64,000 bases of DNA, from positions 16 to 64,015 of the forward strand of contig CACZEK010000014.1 in NCBI GenBank assembly GCA_902780135.1, written 5' to 3'. Shown here one piece after another: positions 55,937-64,000 of this stretch (its first letter is position 1; the number at the start of each line of letters is the position of its first letter). This stretch comes from an uncultured bacterium. Its GTDB lineage: Bacteria; Verrucomicrobiota; Lentisphaeria; Victivallales; UBA1829. The notes beneath the pieces are model-generated. The model saw only the letters and a list, made by a program, of their open reading frames with translations, ran no database searches and was not told the origin of the DNA. The position numbers were made by a program, and so were the translations under genes.

Positions 55937-58666
55937 ATGAAGAAAAATCTTGAACTGTTCGTCACCTCCGTGATCGCGGGGATCTCCGCCGTCCTGCTGA
56001 TCGGCGCATGCCTGCTCGTCCTGAACGCCGTCCCGTATTCGGCGCTTCCCGTGTGGGGCGTCTGCCTCGCCGGACTGTCGGTCGCGGCGGGATTCGCTGC
56101 CATGCTGTGCGCCCGCAACTACGGCGTATTGGTCGGCGTGGTGGCGCCCGGCCTGCTGTTCGCGGCATTGGGGCTGCACTGGTCGTACGCGGGCGGCGAC
56201 GCGAAACGGAGCCTCGCCCTGGCGATGGCGTGCGGCGGGTTCTGGGTGTTCCTGTGGGTCGGATCGCAGATGCTGGCGGCGGCATGCCGGGCGCGGCTCG
56301 GCATGGGGCCGGGCAAATCGGTGTTCGCGAGCGCGGCTGTCCTGCTGCTCCTCTCGAAGACGCTGTCGCTCGCCGTGGCGCGGTACGGCGCGCAGGGATT
56401 CCGCACACTGGAGCTCGTGCTCGCGTTCTGGCTGGTCGCGCTGCTGATCTGGCGTCCGTCGCTGATCCTGCGGACGCTTGGGCTGGTCCTGTCGCACTCG
56501 CTCTACCGGATCCGCGTCGACCGGATCGAAAACTATCCGGACGCCGGGTCCGTCCTGCTGGTGGCGAACCACATTTCGTTTCTCGACTTCATCTTCATCC
56601 TGTGCCTGAAGCCGCGCCGCGTGACGTTCATGGTGACCGAGGCGTTCTACCGTTTCCCCGGCCTGCACCTGTTTTTCCGCTGGAGCGGCGCGCTGGAGGT
56701 CCCGAGCCGGATCAACCGCGGGAAGATGCGGCGGCTGATCGAACAGACGCACGAGGTCCTGAACCGCGGCGGCGCGGTCTGCGTGTTTCCCGAGGGCGCG
56801 ATCTCCCCGAACGGCATCACGCACGCGTTCCGGTCCGGGCTGCACCGTCTGCTGCCCTCGCGGGACATCCCCGTGGTCCCCGTGCGCCTGGGGCTGCACT
56901 GGGGGAGCCTGCTGACGATCTACGGCGGGAAGCTCCGGTTCATCAAGCCGCGCCTGCTGCCGATCCCGGGCACGATCATCGTGGGCGAGCCGATCCCGCC
57001 GGACTGGAACGGATTCCGCATCTGGCAGAGGATCCAGGAGCTGGGCGCGGAGGCGGAGATGAAGCCCGTGCGCGGCGAAAAGACCGTTCACTACCGCTAT
57101 CTGCGGCGTTCGCTTCAGCATCCCTTCGAAAGCACGTTCAAGGACGCCGACGCGCCGAAAGGTCTGTCGAACTTCGCCATGCTGGCGCAGTCGATCGTCA
57201 TCAGCCGGAAACTGAGGCGGGTCCTGGCGGAACGCGGCGACGACGGGCAGTTCGTCGGCGTGCTGCTGCCGAACAAGGTCGTCTCCGTGGCGGCGCTGCT
57301 CGGCGTGATGTTCGCCGACCGCACGCCCGCGATCCTGAACTACACGGCGGGCGACGCCGTGATGCAGTCCATGTACGACCGCGCGAAACTGAAGACGGTG
57401 ATCACGAGCCGCCTTTTCCTGAGCAGGCTGAAGAAGCCCGTGCGCGGCGAAATGATCTTCCTGGAGGACCTGCCGAAGCTCGTCACGAAGGGCGACAGGC
57501 TCCTGACCGCGGCGCAGATCGTTTTCCTGCCGCACCAGCTCCTCATCCGCATGGTTTCGCCGCGGCACGGGACCGACCTCATGTACCCCGCCGCGCTGCT
57601 CTTCTCCAGCGGATCCACGGGCATGCCGAAGGGCATCCTGCTGTCTCACCACAACATCACGGCGAACATCTGGAGTTTCTGGCGCCAGCTGAACTGGCTG
57701 TACGGCACGGAGCGCATCCTCGGCAACCTGCCGCTCTTCCATGCGTTCGGCCTGATGGTCGGCCTGTGCTTCCCCGGCGTCACGGGCACGAAGGTCACGC
57801 TGGTGGCGAATCCGCTGGACGGCGCGGGCGTGTGCAAGGCGGTGCGCGACGACAAGGTCACGATGCTCATTTCCACGCCGACGTTCCTGCAGACCTACAT
57901 GCGCTGCTGCAGGCCGGGCGACTTCGATTCCCTCCGCATGATGGTCACCGGCGCGGAGAAGCTCCAGAAACGTCTCGCGGACGCGTTCCGCGAGCTGAAC
58001 GGCCTGAGCATCATCGAGGGGTACGGCTGCACCGAAATGTCCCCCATCGTGTCCCTGAACCTGCCGAAGGATTTCCTGGCGGTGGGGCGCGAGGCGGGCC
58101 CGGAGGGCAGCATCGGCGTGGCGATGCCCGGCATCGCGGCGCGCATCGCCGACGTGGATACGGGCGAACTGCTCGACGCCGGGAAGGAAGGCCTGCTCCA
58201 GCTGAAATCCGCCTCCGTGATGCTCGGCTACCTGGACGACCCGGAAGCCACCGCGGCCGCCATGACCCCGGACGGCTGGTACAACACCAACGACGTCGCA
58301 TCCATGGACCGCGACGGCTACATCCGCATCACGGGTCGCCTTTCGCGCTTCAGCAAGATCGGCGGCGAAATGGTCCCGCACGAGCTGATCGAACACCGTC
58401 TGGAGGAGTTCTACGGCCTCGAAGGCAAAGTCGCCGTCACCGCGCGCCCCGATCCGAGGAAGGGCGAACAGCTCGTCGTCTTCTATGCCGCCGACTGCGG
58501 GCTTGACCCCGCCGAAGCCGGAACGCGTCTCCGCGATTCCGGTCTGCCGAACCTCTGGGTGCCCCGTCCCGACTGCTTCTTCCCCCTGGAGCGGATCCCG
58601 TTCCTCGGCAACGGCAAAAAGGACCTGAAGAAACTGCGCGAGCTCGCCGCGAAGGCGGGACAGTGA
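55937..58666 (+). CDS. aas: Aas-like bifunctional acyltransferase / acyl-ACP synthetase with N-terminal TM segments
   Basis: PlsC motifs NHISFLD and FPEG; adenylation motifs FSSGSTGMPKG, EGYGCTE and RFSKIGGEMV. Confidence 0.87.
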   Translation: MKKNLELFVTSVIAGISAVLLIGACLLVLNAVPYSALPVWGVCLAGLSVAAGFAAMLCARNYGVLVGVVAPGLLFAALGLHWSYAGGDAKRSLALAMACGGFWVFLWVGSQMLAAACRARLGMGPGKSVFASAAVLLLLSKTLSLAVARYGAQGFRTLELVLAFWLVALLIWRPSLILRTLGLVLSHSLYRIRVDRIENYPDAGSVLLVANHISFLDFIFILCLKPRRVTFMVTEAFYRFPGLHLFFRWSGALEVPSRINRGKMRRLIEQTHEVLNRGGAVCVFPEGAISPNGITHAFRSGLHRLLPSRDIPVVPVRLGLHWGSLLTIYGGKLRFIKPRLLPIPGTIIVGEPIPPDWNGFRIWQRIQELGAEAEMKPVRGEKTVHYRYLRRSLQHPFESTFKDADAPKGLSNFAMLAQSIVISRKLRRVLAERGDDGQFVGVLLPNKVVSVAALLGVMFADRTPAILNYTAGDAVMQSMYDRAKLKTVITSRLFLSRLKKPVRGEMIFLEDLPKLVTKGDRLLTAAQIVFLPHQLLIRMVSPRHGTDLMYPAALLFSSGSTGMPKGILLSHHNITANIWSFWRQLNWLYGTERILGNLPLFHAFGLMVGLCFPGVTGTKVTLVANPLDGAGVCKAVRDDKVTMLISTPTFLQTYMRCCRPGDFDSLRMMVTGAEKLQKRLADAFRELNGLSIIEGYGCTEMSPIVSLNLPKDFLAVGREAGPEGSIGVAMPGIAARIADVDTGELLDAGKEGLLQLKSASVMLGYLDDPEATAAAMTPDGWYNTNDVASMDRDGYIRITGRLSRFSKIGGEMVPHELIEHRLEEFYGLEGKVAVTARPDPRKGEQLVVFYAADCGLDPAEAGTRLRDSGLPNLWVPRPDCFFPLERIPFLGNGKKDLKKLRELAAKAGQ

Positions 58667-58840
58667 CCCCGTCCGGGGCGGACGCCGAAACGCGTTTTCC
58701 GTCCGGCGGCATGTCTCCGGCCGCGCCCGCGCATGGAAAACAGGCGTCTTTTCCCGTTTTTTTGACAAAAGATACTTGTTTTTTCTTTTTTTTGAGGTAT
58801 GTTTTTATGATATTGGAAAATCTCGGAGACCACAAGCGAC

Positions 58841-59698
58841 ATGCCGAACCAGGACATCATCGTCAAATACCTTTTCTACTCCCTTGACTTCGTCATCATC
58901 TGGGCGATGATCTACTGGGTGCTGTACTTCCTGCGCGGCACCCGCAGCGCGAACGTGCTGTTCGGCGTCCTTGCCGTGCTGCTCACCGCCACGATCGTGG
59001 TCGACTACGTCGAACGCCTCACGGTCCTGCGGTTCCTGCTGATGGAATGCCTGCTGCCCGTCCTCGGCATCGCCATCCTCGTGATCTTCCAGCCGGAATT
59101 CCGCCGGGCGTTCGCGCAGGCGGGAAGCCTGTTCGTGTCGAACCGGACGGGCCGGGAGACCATCGACCAGGTGACCGAGGCCGCCGCCCAGCTCTCCACC
59201 ACGCGCACCGGCGCGATCATCGTGTTCGAACGCAACATCGGCCTCACGGACACCACGCGTTCCGCCGTCCCGCTGGACGCCCGCGTGGACTCCCTGCTGA
59301 TCCAGTCCATTTTTTATCCGAACTCCCCGCTTCACGACTGCGCCGTGGTGATCGGCAAGAACAACCGCATCGTGGCCGCCCACGCCGTGCTGCCGCTGGC
59401 GGAGGAGGATTATTTCGTGAACGGCAAACGGCTCGGCACGCGCCACCGCGCGGCGGTCGGGATCTCGCAGGAGACCGACGCGGTCGCCGTGGTCGTCTCC
59501 GAGGAGACCGGGCTCATCAGCCTCGCGAAAAAAGGCCGTCTGGTCCGCGGCCTGAAGCCCGAAGAACTCCGGTTCCAGCTCCGCACGCTGCTGCTGGACC
59601 GGAAAACGCCGTGGAAACGCCTCGGCGACGCCGGAGACCTGGGTATGCCGGAATCCGGCGAGGCCGCCGGGGACGGCGGAAAGGACGGTGAACTGTGA
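58841..59698 (+). CDS. cdaA: Diadenylate cyclase (membrane-bound, CdaA/DacA type)
   Basis: Three N-terminal TMs, IFQPEFRR, PLHDCA, LGTRHRAA and VSEETG motifs. Confidence 0.92.
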   Translation: MPNQDIIVKYLFYSLDFVIIWAMIYWVLYFLRGTRSANVLFGVLAVLLTATIVVDYVERLTVLRFLLMECLLPVLGIAILVIFQPEFRRAFAQAGSLFVSNRTGRETIDQVTEAAAQLSTTRTGAIIVFERNIGLTDTTRSAVPLDARVDSLLIQSIFYPNSPLHDCAVVIGKNNRIVAAHAVLPLAEEDYFVNGKRLGTRHRAAVGISQETDAVAVVVSEETGLISLAKKGRLVRGLKPEELRFQLRTLLLDRKTPWKRLGDAGDLGMPESGEAAGDGGKDGEL

Positions 59699-60696
59699 GT
59701 TCGATCCGCGATTTCTGGATGAAGATCCTGCCGCACGTGCCGCACATCATCCGCCACGATTTCTGGCGGAAGCTGTTCGCGCTGGTCTTCGCGAGCCTGC
59801 TGACCGGGTACGCGTACCAGAACATCAAGACGAAAACCGAACTGGTCAAGATGGACGTCCGCGGCGTGGCGATCCGGTTCGTGGCGGTCGAGGACGGCGT
59901 CACGCTGATCCCGCGCGACGTGCCCGCCGACATCACCATCGAGGTCCCGAAGGAGCTGAAGAACCTGAAAAACACGGACTTCTACCTGGAATGCCCCGTG
60001 ACGAAATACCAGGTCGAGGAAGACCTGCCCGTCGAGCTCCGCCCGGACATGGTGAAGACAAACGTCCCGATCGACGGCCTGCGCGTGCTGGCGGTCAATC
60101 CCGACATGCTCCCGCTGAACATCGACATCATGGACACCAAGGAAGTCCCCGTCCATCCCGTCTGCGATTTCTCCGAGCTGATGGAGGGCTACCAGGCGTC
60201 GCTCGTCCAGCCGGAAAAACCCGTTACGATCCGCGGCCCGAAAAAGCACCTCGCCACCATCTCCTACCTCGAAACGGAGAAGATCCCGCTCTCGAACGTC
60301 ACCAAGAGCTTCTCCCGCCAGGTCGACCTGGTCTCGCCGTACGACAAGAACATCGAGATCCTTTCCGGAAAGGTCAAGATCGAGGTCAAGGTCGAGAAGA
60401 ACAAGCCGCGCGCCTTCGACGGCATCCCCGTTCAGGTCCTCTTCGGCAGGACCGGCGCGAACAACCTCATCATCTCGAGGATCCAGCCCGAATCCGTGAC
60501 CGTCCTGGTCGACAGCGTCCCCGACATCTCCCAGACACAGATCCATCCGTTCCTCGACCTCTCGGACGTGACGCGCCCGGGCGTCTACAACGTCGACATC
60601 AAGTGCTGGTCCGACAACGACCGCATCAAGGTGGTCGAGGTGATCCCCGCCAAGGCCACCGTGACGCTGGAGCCCGTCGCCCCCGCATCGAAATAA
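59695..60696 (+). CDS. cdaR: YbbR/CdaR-family regulator
   Basis: Overlaps the cdaA stop (GTGA). WRKLFAL TM followed by repeated P..VT beta modules. Confidence 0.8.
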   Translation: MSSIRDFWMKILPHVPHIIRHDFWRKLFALVFASLLTGYAYQNIKTKTELVKMDVRGVAIRFVAVEDGVTLIPRDVPADITIEVPKELKNLKNTDFYLECPVTKYQVEEDLPVELRPDMVKTNVPIDGLRVLAVNPDMLPLNIDIMDTKEVPVHPVCDFSELMEGYQASLVQPEKPVTIRGPKKHLATISYLETEKIPLSNVTKSFSRQVDLVSPYDKNIEILSGKVKIEVKVEKNKPRAFDGIPVQVLFGRTGANNLIISRIQPESVTVLVDSVPDISQTQIHPFLDLSDVTRPGVYNVDIKCWSDNDRIKVVEVIPAKATVTLEPVAPASK

Positions 60697-60726
60697 AAAC
60701 CTTTTTCAAACGGACCCGAATTTGCC

Positions 60727-61356
60727 ATGACTGAGCTTTCGACCCCCAATTACTCGCAGGCGGAGGACATCTGCAATTCCGCCACGCACGTCATCGGCTG
60801 TATCCTGACGGTTTACGGCACGTATCTGCTGATCCTGAACTCGGCAATGCCGTCGTTCATCATCTGCGCCCTGATCTACGGCGTTTCCATCTTCTCCATG
60901 TTCCTGGTCTCCTCCGTGTACCACGCCATCCGCGACCAGGAGGTGAAGGGCGCCGTCCGCAAGGCCGACCACGCCATGATCTACTTCACGATCGCCGGCA
61001 CCTACGTGCCGATCCTGAACGCCGTCGCCTCCCCGCGCGAGGGCATGATCTGGTACTGCGCGCTCGGCGCGTGCGCGGTGACCGGCGCGGTCTTCTCCTT
61101 CATCACCCTCAAGCACAGGTTCGTCACCACCATCATCTATCTGGTCATGGGCTGGGCGTCGCTTCTCCTTCTGAAGAACCTCTGGGGCACGGGCGACCCG
61201 ATGATCTCCTATCTCCTGATCGCAGGCGGCGTGGCGTTTTCCGTCGGCGCCGGGCTGTACCTCATCAAGAAGCCCTTCGTGCACACCGTGTTCCACATCT
61301 TCGTCGTGCTCGGCGTGGTCCTCCAGTACCTCGCGATCAGGATGATCTATTCCTGA
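60727..61356 (+). CDS. Hemolysin III / PAQR family membrane protein
   Basis: E..N..TH, SS.YH, DH..IY..IAGTY.P and H..FH.FV motifs. Confidence 0.9.
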   Translation: MTELSTPNYSQAEDICNSATHVIGCILTVYGTYLLILNSAMPSFIICALIYGVSIFSMFLVSSVYHAIRDQEVKGAVRKADHAMIYFTIAGTYVPILNAVASPREGMIWYCALGACAVTGAVFSFITLKHRFVTTIIYLVMGWASLLLLKNLWGTGDPMISYLLIAGGVAFSVGAGLYLIKKPFVHTVFHIFVVLGVVLQYLAIRMIYS

Positions 61357-61525
61357 GCACGGGACGAATATATGACTTTTTTGCGAAAAAAAGAAAAGGA
61401 GTATTAGATTTTTCCTCCCGCATGGCAATAAATACCAAAAAGGCTTTTATCAAATCCTTTTTGGAAAATTGTGATCCCGAACTCAAAAAACAAATGCAAC
61501 AAACACTCCCACGAAAGGAAAAAAC

Positions 61526-62476
61526 ATGACGGCAAACAAACGACACCACAAATCATCGTTCATCCTCTGCGGACTTGCGGTCCTCCTGAGCGCGGCGGTC
61601 CTCGCCGGCTGCAAAAAGGGAGACGGTTCCGAAGAGACCGACGGGAAGAGCGAGGGAAAAAAGCCGGATCCGGTTATCCACATTAGTCTGCCAAGCGGAC
61701 AGGAACTGGTAATGGTGAGGGTCGAGGCGGGGACGTTCGAGATGAGCTCGAAGGACGGGGAGAACGACACCAACGAAGTGCCGCATCAGGTGACATTGAC
61801 GCAGGACTTTTATCTGGCGCAGACCGAGGTGACACAGGCGCAGTGGCGTGCGGTAATGGGGGAGCAAACGACACGTTTCAAGGGGGACAATCAGCCCGCG
61901 CAGTGGATAGGTTGGGACAAGGCGATGAAGTTTTGTGATAAACTGAACACGGGCGGCATAGCTCCTGACGGATGGTTGTTCTCGCTTCCGACGGAGACGC
62001 AGTGGGAATACGCGGCACGAGGGGGGAACAAGAGCAAAGGTTACAAGTACAGCGGAAGCAACTGGCCTGACGAGGTGGCATGGTATAGAGGCAACGCCGA
62101 TGATATGACGCATCCGGTAGGGATGAAGATGCCGAACGAACTCGGATTGTACGACATGAGCGGCAATGTCTATGAGTGGTGTCTGGACGACTGGGAAGAA
62201 GACAGCAGTAAACTGACGGCGGAGTTTGCGCGGGAGAATTATAAACTATTGGGTAGTGGATCAGGGTACCGTAGCGAAGACTATCGTGCTTACCGGGGTG
62301 GCTGCTACTTCAGCGAAAAGGAATGTCGAACCCGCTGGCGCAATGACAACTACGGCAACAATGTCGACTATTCCTACGGCTTCCGCGTTGCGCTCGTCCC
62401 AGACACGTGGGCTAAAGCTCTGCAGGCGGAGGCGGCTGCGGCGGAGGCGGCGAGGGCACCTGTGGAAGGATTATAA
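61526..62476 (+). CDS. FGE-sulfatase (SUMF1) domain lipoprotein
   Basis: Lipobox LAGC, TEVTQAQW, LPTETQWEYAARGG, NELGLYDMSGNVYEW and RGG...GFRV motifs. Confidence 0.92.
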   Translation: MTANKRHHKSSFILCGLAVLLSAAVLAGCKKGDGSEETDGKSEGKKPDPVIHISLPSGQELVMVRVEAGTFEMSSKDGENDTNEVPHQVTLTQDFYLAQTEVTQAQWRAVMGEQTTRFKGDNQPAQWIGWDKAMKFCDKLNTGGIAPDGWLFSLPTETQWEYAARGGNKSKGYKYSGSNWPDEVAWYRGNADDMTHPVGMKMPNELGLYDMSGNVYEWCLDDWEEDSSKLTAEFARENYKLLGSGSGYRSEDYRAYRGGCYFSEKECRTRWRNDNYGNNVDYSYGFRVALVPDTWAKALQAEAAAAEAARAPVEGL

Positions 62477-62478
62477 AG

Positions 62479-62532
62479 GTGATTGACGGCCTCGGCTTCG
62501 GCTTCCGCATCGCACTCGTCCCGGTTCGATGA
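62479..62532 (+). pseudogene. Orphan C-terminal fragment of an FGE-domain gene
   Basis: Encodes ...GLGFGFRIALVPVR*. Positions 62500-62522 resemble 62378-62400. Confidence 0.65.
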
Positions 62533-62681
62533 ATCCGTCATGGCCGTGCGGATAACTGCCGTCCGGGGCGGTCTTTTTTGCCCTCCGCAGCCTCGCAAAT
62601 CCGGCTCTCCACCGTGCGAAAATAGGTCTTATTGGTCCAATAAGACTTATTCTGTGCCGTGCTCCGTGACGGGGAGGCGGA

Positions 62682-63476
62682 TTACTTTGGGTTTTCTTCC
62701 GCCTTGGCTTCGTTCCAGAGTTCGTCGAGGCGGTCCATGGGGGTGCCGTCGACGGTCTTTCCCTCGGCGGCGAGCTTGGACTCGACGGCGCGGTAACGGC
62801 GGTCGAACTTGTCGGAAGCGCGGTTCACGACCTCCTCGCAGTTTTCGCCGCGGAAGCGCAGGAAATTGACAATGGCGAACACGAGGTCCGCGGCCTCGTC
62901 GTTGACGCGGTCGCGGCTGCCCGACTTGTACGCCTCCTCCAGCTCCGCCATCTCTTCGCGGACCTTCGCGAGGATGTCGGCGTCGTTGGTCCAGTCGAAT
63001 CCGTGCTTGGCGGCCTTCTTCTGGAGCTTTTCGGCACGGAGCACGGCGGGGAGGTTGCGCGGCACGCCGTCGAGCGCGGACTTGCGGTAGTCGTCGTGCT
63101 CGGTCTTCTTGATCTTCTCCCAGTTCACGAGCACCTGCGCGGAGTTGTCCACGTGGACGTCGCCGAAGACGTGCGGATGGCGGCGGATCATCTTGTCGGA
63201 GATGCCGCGCGCGACGTCCTCCAGCGTGAACGCGCCGCGTTCCTCCGCCATGACGCTGTTCATGACGACCTGCATGAGGAGGTCGCCCAGCTCCTCGCAC
63301 ATCTCCGCGTCGGACTTATGGTCGACGGCGTCGAGGTATTCGGCGGCCTCTCCGACGAGGCACTTTTTGAGGGATTCGTGGGTCTGTTCGCGATCCCAGG
63401 GGCATCCGTCGGGCGCGCGCAGGCGGCGCATGACGTTCACGAGGCGTTCAAGTTCGGACATATCCATATCGTTCAA
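62682..63476 (-). CDS. mazG: Nucleoside triphosphate pyrophosphohydrolase
   Basis: GCPWDREQT, EELGDLL, RRHPHVF, WEKIK and GFDW motifs. The start is either TTG 63476 or ATG 63467. Confidence 0.95.
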   Translation of the reverse strand: MNDMDMSELERLVNVMRRLRAPDGCPWDREQTHESLKKCLVGEAAEYLDAVDHKSDAEMCEELGDLLMQVVMNSVMAEERGAFTLEDVARGISDKMIRRHPHVFGDVHVDNSAQVLVNWEKIKKTEHDDYRKSALDGVPRNLPAVLRAEKLQKKAAKHGFDWTNDADILAKVREEMAELEEAYKSGSRDRVNDEAADLVFAIVNFLRFRGENCEEVVNRASDKFDRRYRAVESKLAAEGKTVDGTPMDRLDELWNEAKAEENPK

Positions 63477-64000
63477 TACTCCGTTGCCGGGGCGTCCTGC
63501 GGGAATCCGGGGCGCTCCAGGCGTTTTCTGTAGTAGTTGTAAAGCGAGACCTGGGCGCGTTCGGATTCGTACTGAACCGTGCCGGAGGTGTGCGAATAGC
63601 GGTTCTCCCCGAGCAGGCGGCGTCCCTTCCGGCGGTCGTGGAGCGAAGTGAAGAGGATCACGTCCAGCTCGTCCTGAAGCGCGGGGGATTCGACCGGGAC
63701 GAGGATCTCCACGCGGCGGGAGAGGTTGCGCGGCATGAGGTCCGCGCTGCCGATGAAGTATTCCGGCGCGCCGCCGTTCGCGAACCGGTAGATGCGGGAG
63801 TGCTCCAGGAAACGGTCCACGATGCTGACGACGCGGATGTTCGCGGCGGCTTCGGGCGGGAGCGAGTCGGGATTGAGGGCGCAGATGCCGCGGACGACCA
63901 TGTCGATGCGTACGCCGCGCCGTGCGGCATCGCAGAGGTGTTCGATGACCTCCGGGTCCTGAAGCGCGTTCAGCTTCAGCGTGATGCCGCCGGGGTGCGC
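63473..64000 (-). CDS. ppk1: Polyphosphate kinase 1, C-terminal part
   Basis: KLNAL, VRGIC, SIVDRFLEHSRIY and SADLMPRNL.RRVE motifs. The frame is open to the window end. Confidence 0.95.
   Translation of the reverse strand, partial: AHPGGITLKLNALQDPEVIEHLCDAARRGVRIDMVVRGICALNPDSLPPEAAANIRVVSIVDRFLEHSRIYRFANGGAPEYFIGSADLMPRNLSRRVEILVPVESPALQDELDVILFTSLHDRRKGRRLLGENRYSHTSGTVQYESERAQVSLYNYYRKRLERPGFPQDAPATEY

Noticed and set aside
33180-58768. Very long alternative ORFs (33180-36929, 47079-50096, 51889-55953, 55784-58768 and similar)
   Set aside because: They are antisense or off-frame shadows expected from strong GC3 bias. They lack motifs and overlap well-supported genes.
61526-62620. Complete diversity-generating retroelement
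   Set aside because: No reverse transcriptase, Avd or adenine-variant template repeat is visible. The downstream duplicate is only ~23 bp and its differences are synonymous or conservative.
1-64000. tRNA, rRNA, riboswitch or IS transposase genes
   Set aside because: None was recognised by eye, including a purine riboswitch upstream of guaA. A covariance-model scan would be needed to exclude them formally.

Overview
A GC-rich bacterial chromosomal segment. Gene content suggests an anaerobic, diderm, plant-glycan-using organism (HydF, GH127/GH43/GH2/CE1, LptF/G, TolC, cdaA-cdaR, a barrel-less AIDA-repeat protein). A PVC-superphylum gut or rumen lineage such as Lentisphaerae is my inference and is unverified. 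Most of the window is housekeeping: typA, ligA, rpsU, a sigma70 factor, mfd, guaA, def, gltX, aas, mazG and ppk1. Accessory pieces are a Type I R-M locus with a half-size HsdS and an AT-rich inserted ORF, a higBA module bracketed by a duplicated 29-bp hairpin, a GT-C/glf/GT2 glycosylation cassette, a Mu-like protease remnant beside guaA, and an FGE-domain lipoprotein followed by an orphan copy of its C-terminal motif. Two observations stand out. First, a host-like full-length homolog of eukaryotic Cdc123/D123 ends a gltX-def gene string. Second, a family of about 14 intergenic ~22-nt hairpins in four clusters has stems that vary with compensatory changes around a near-constant GC-GNA-GC loop. 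All calls come from reading motifs by eye; no database searches were run.
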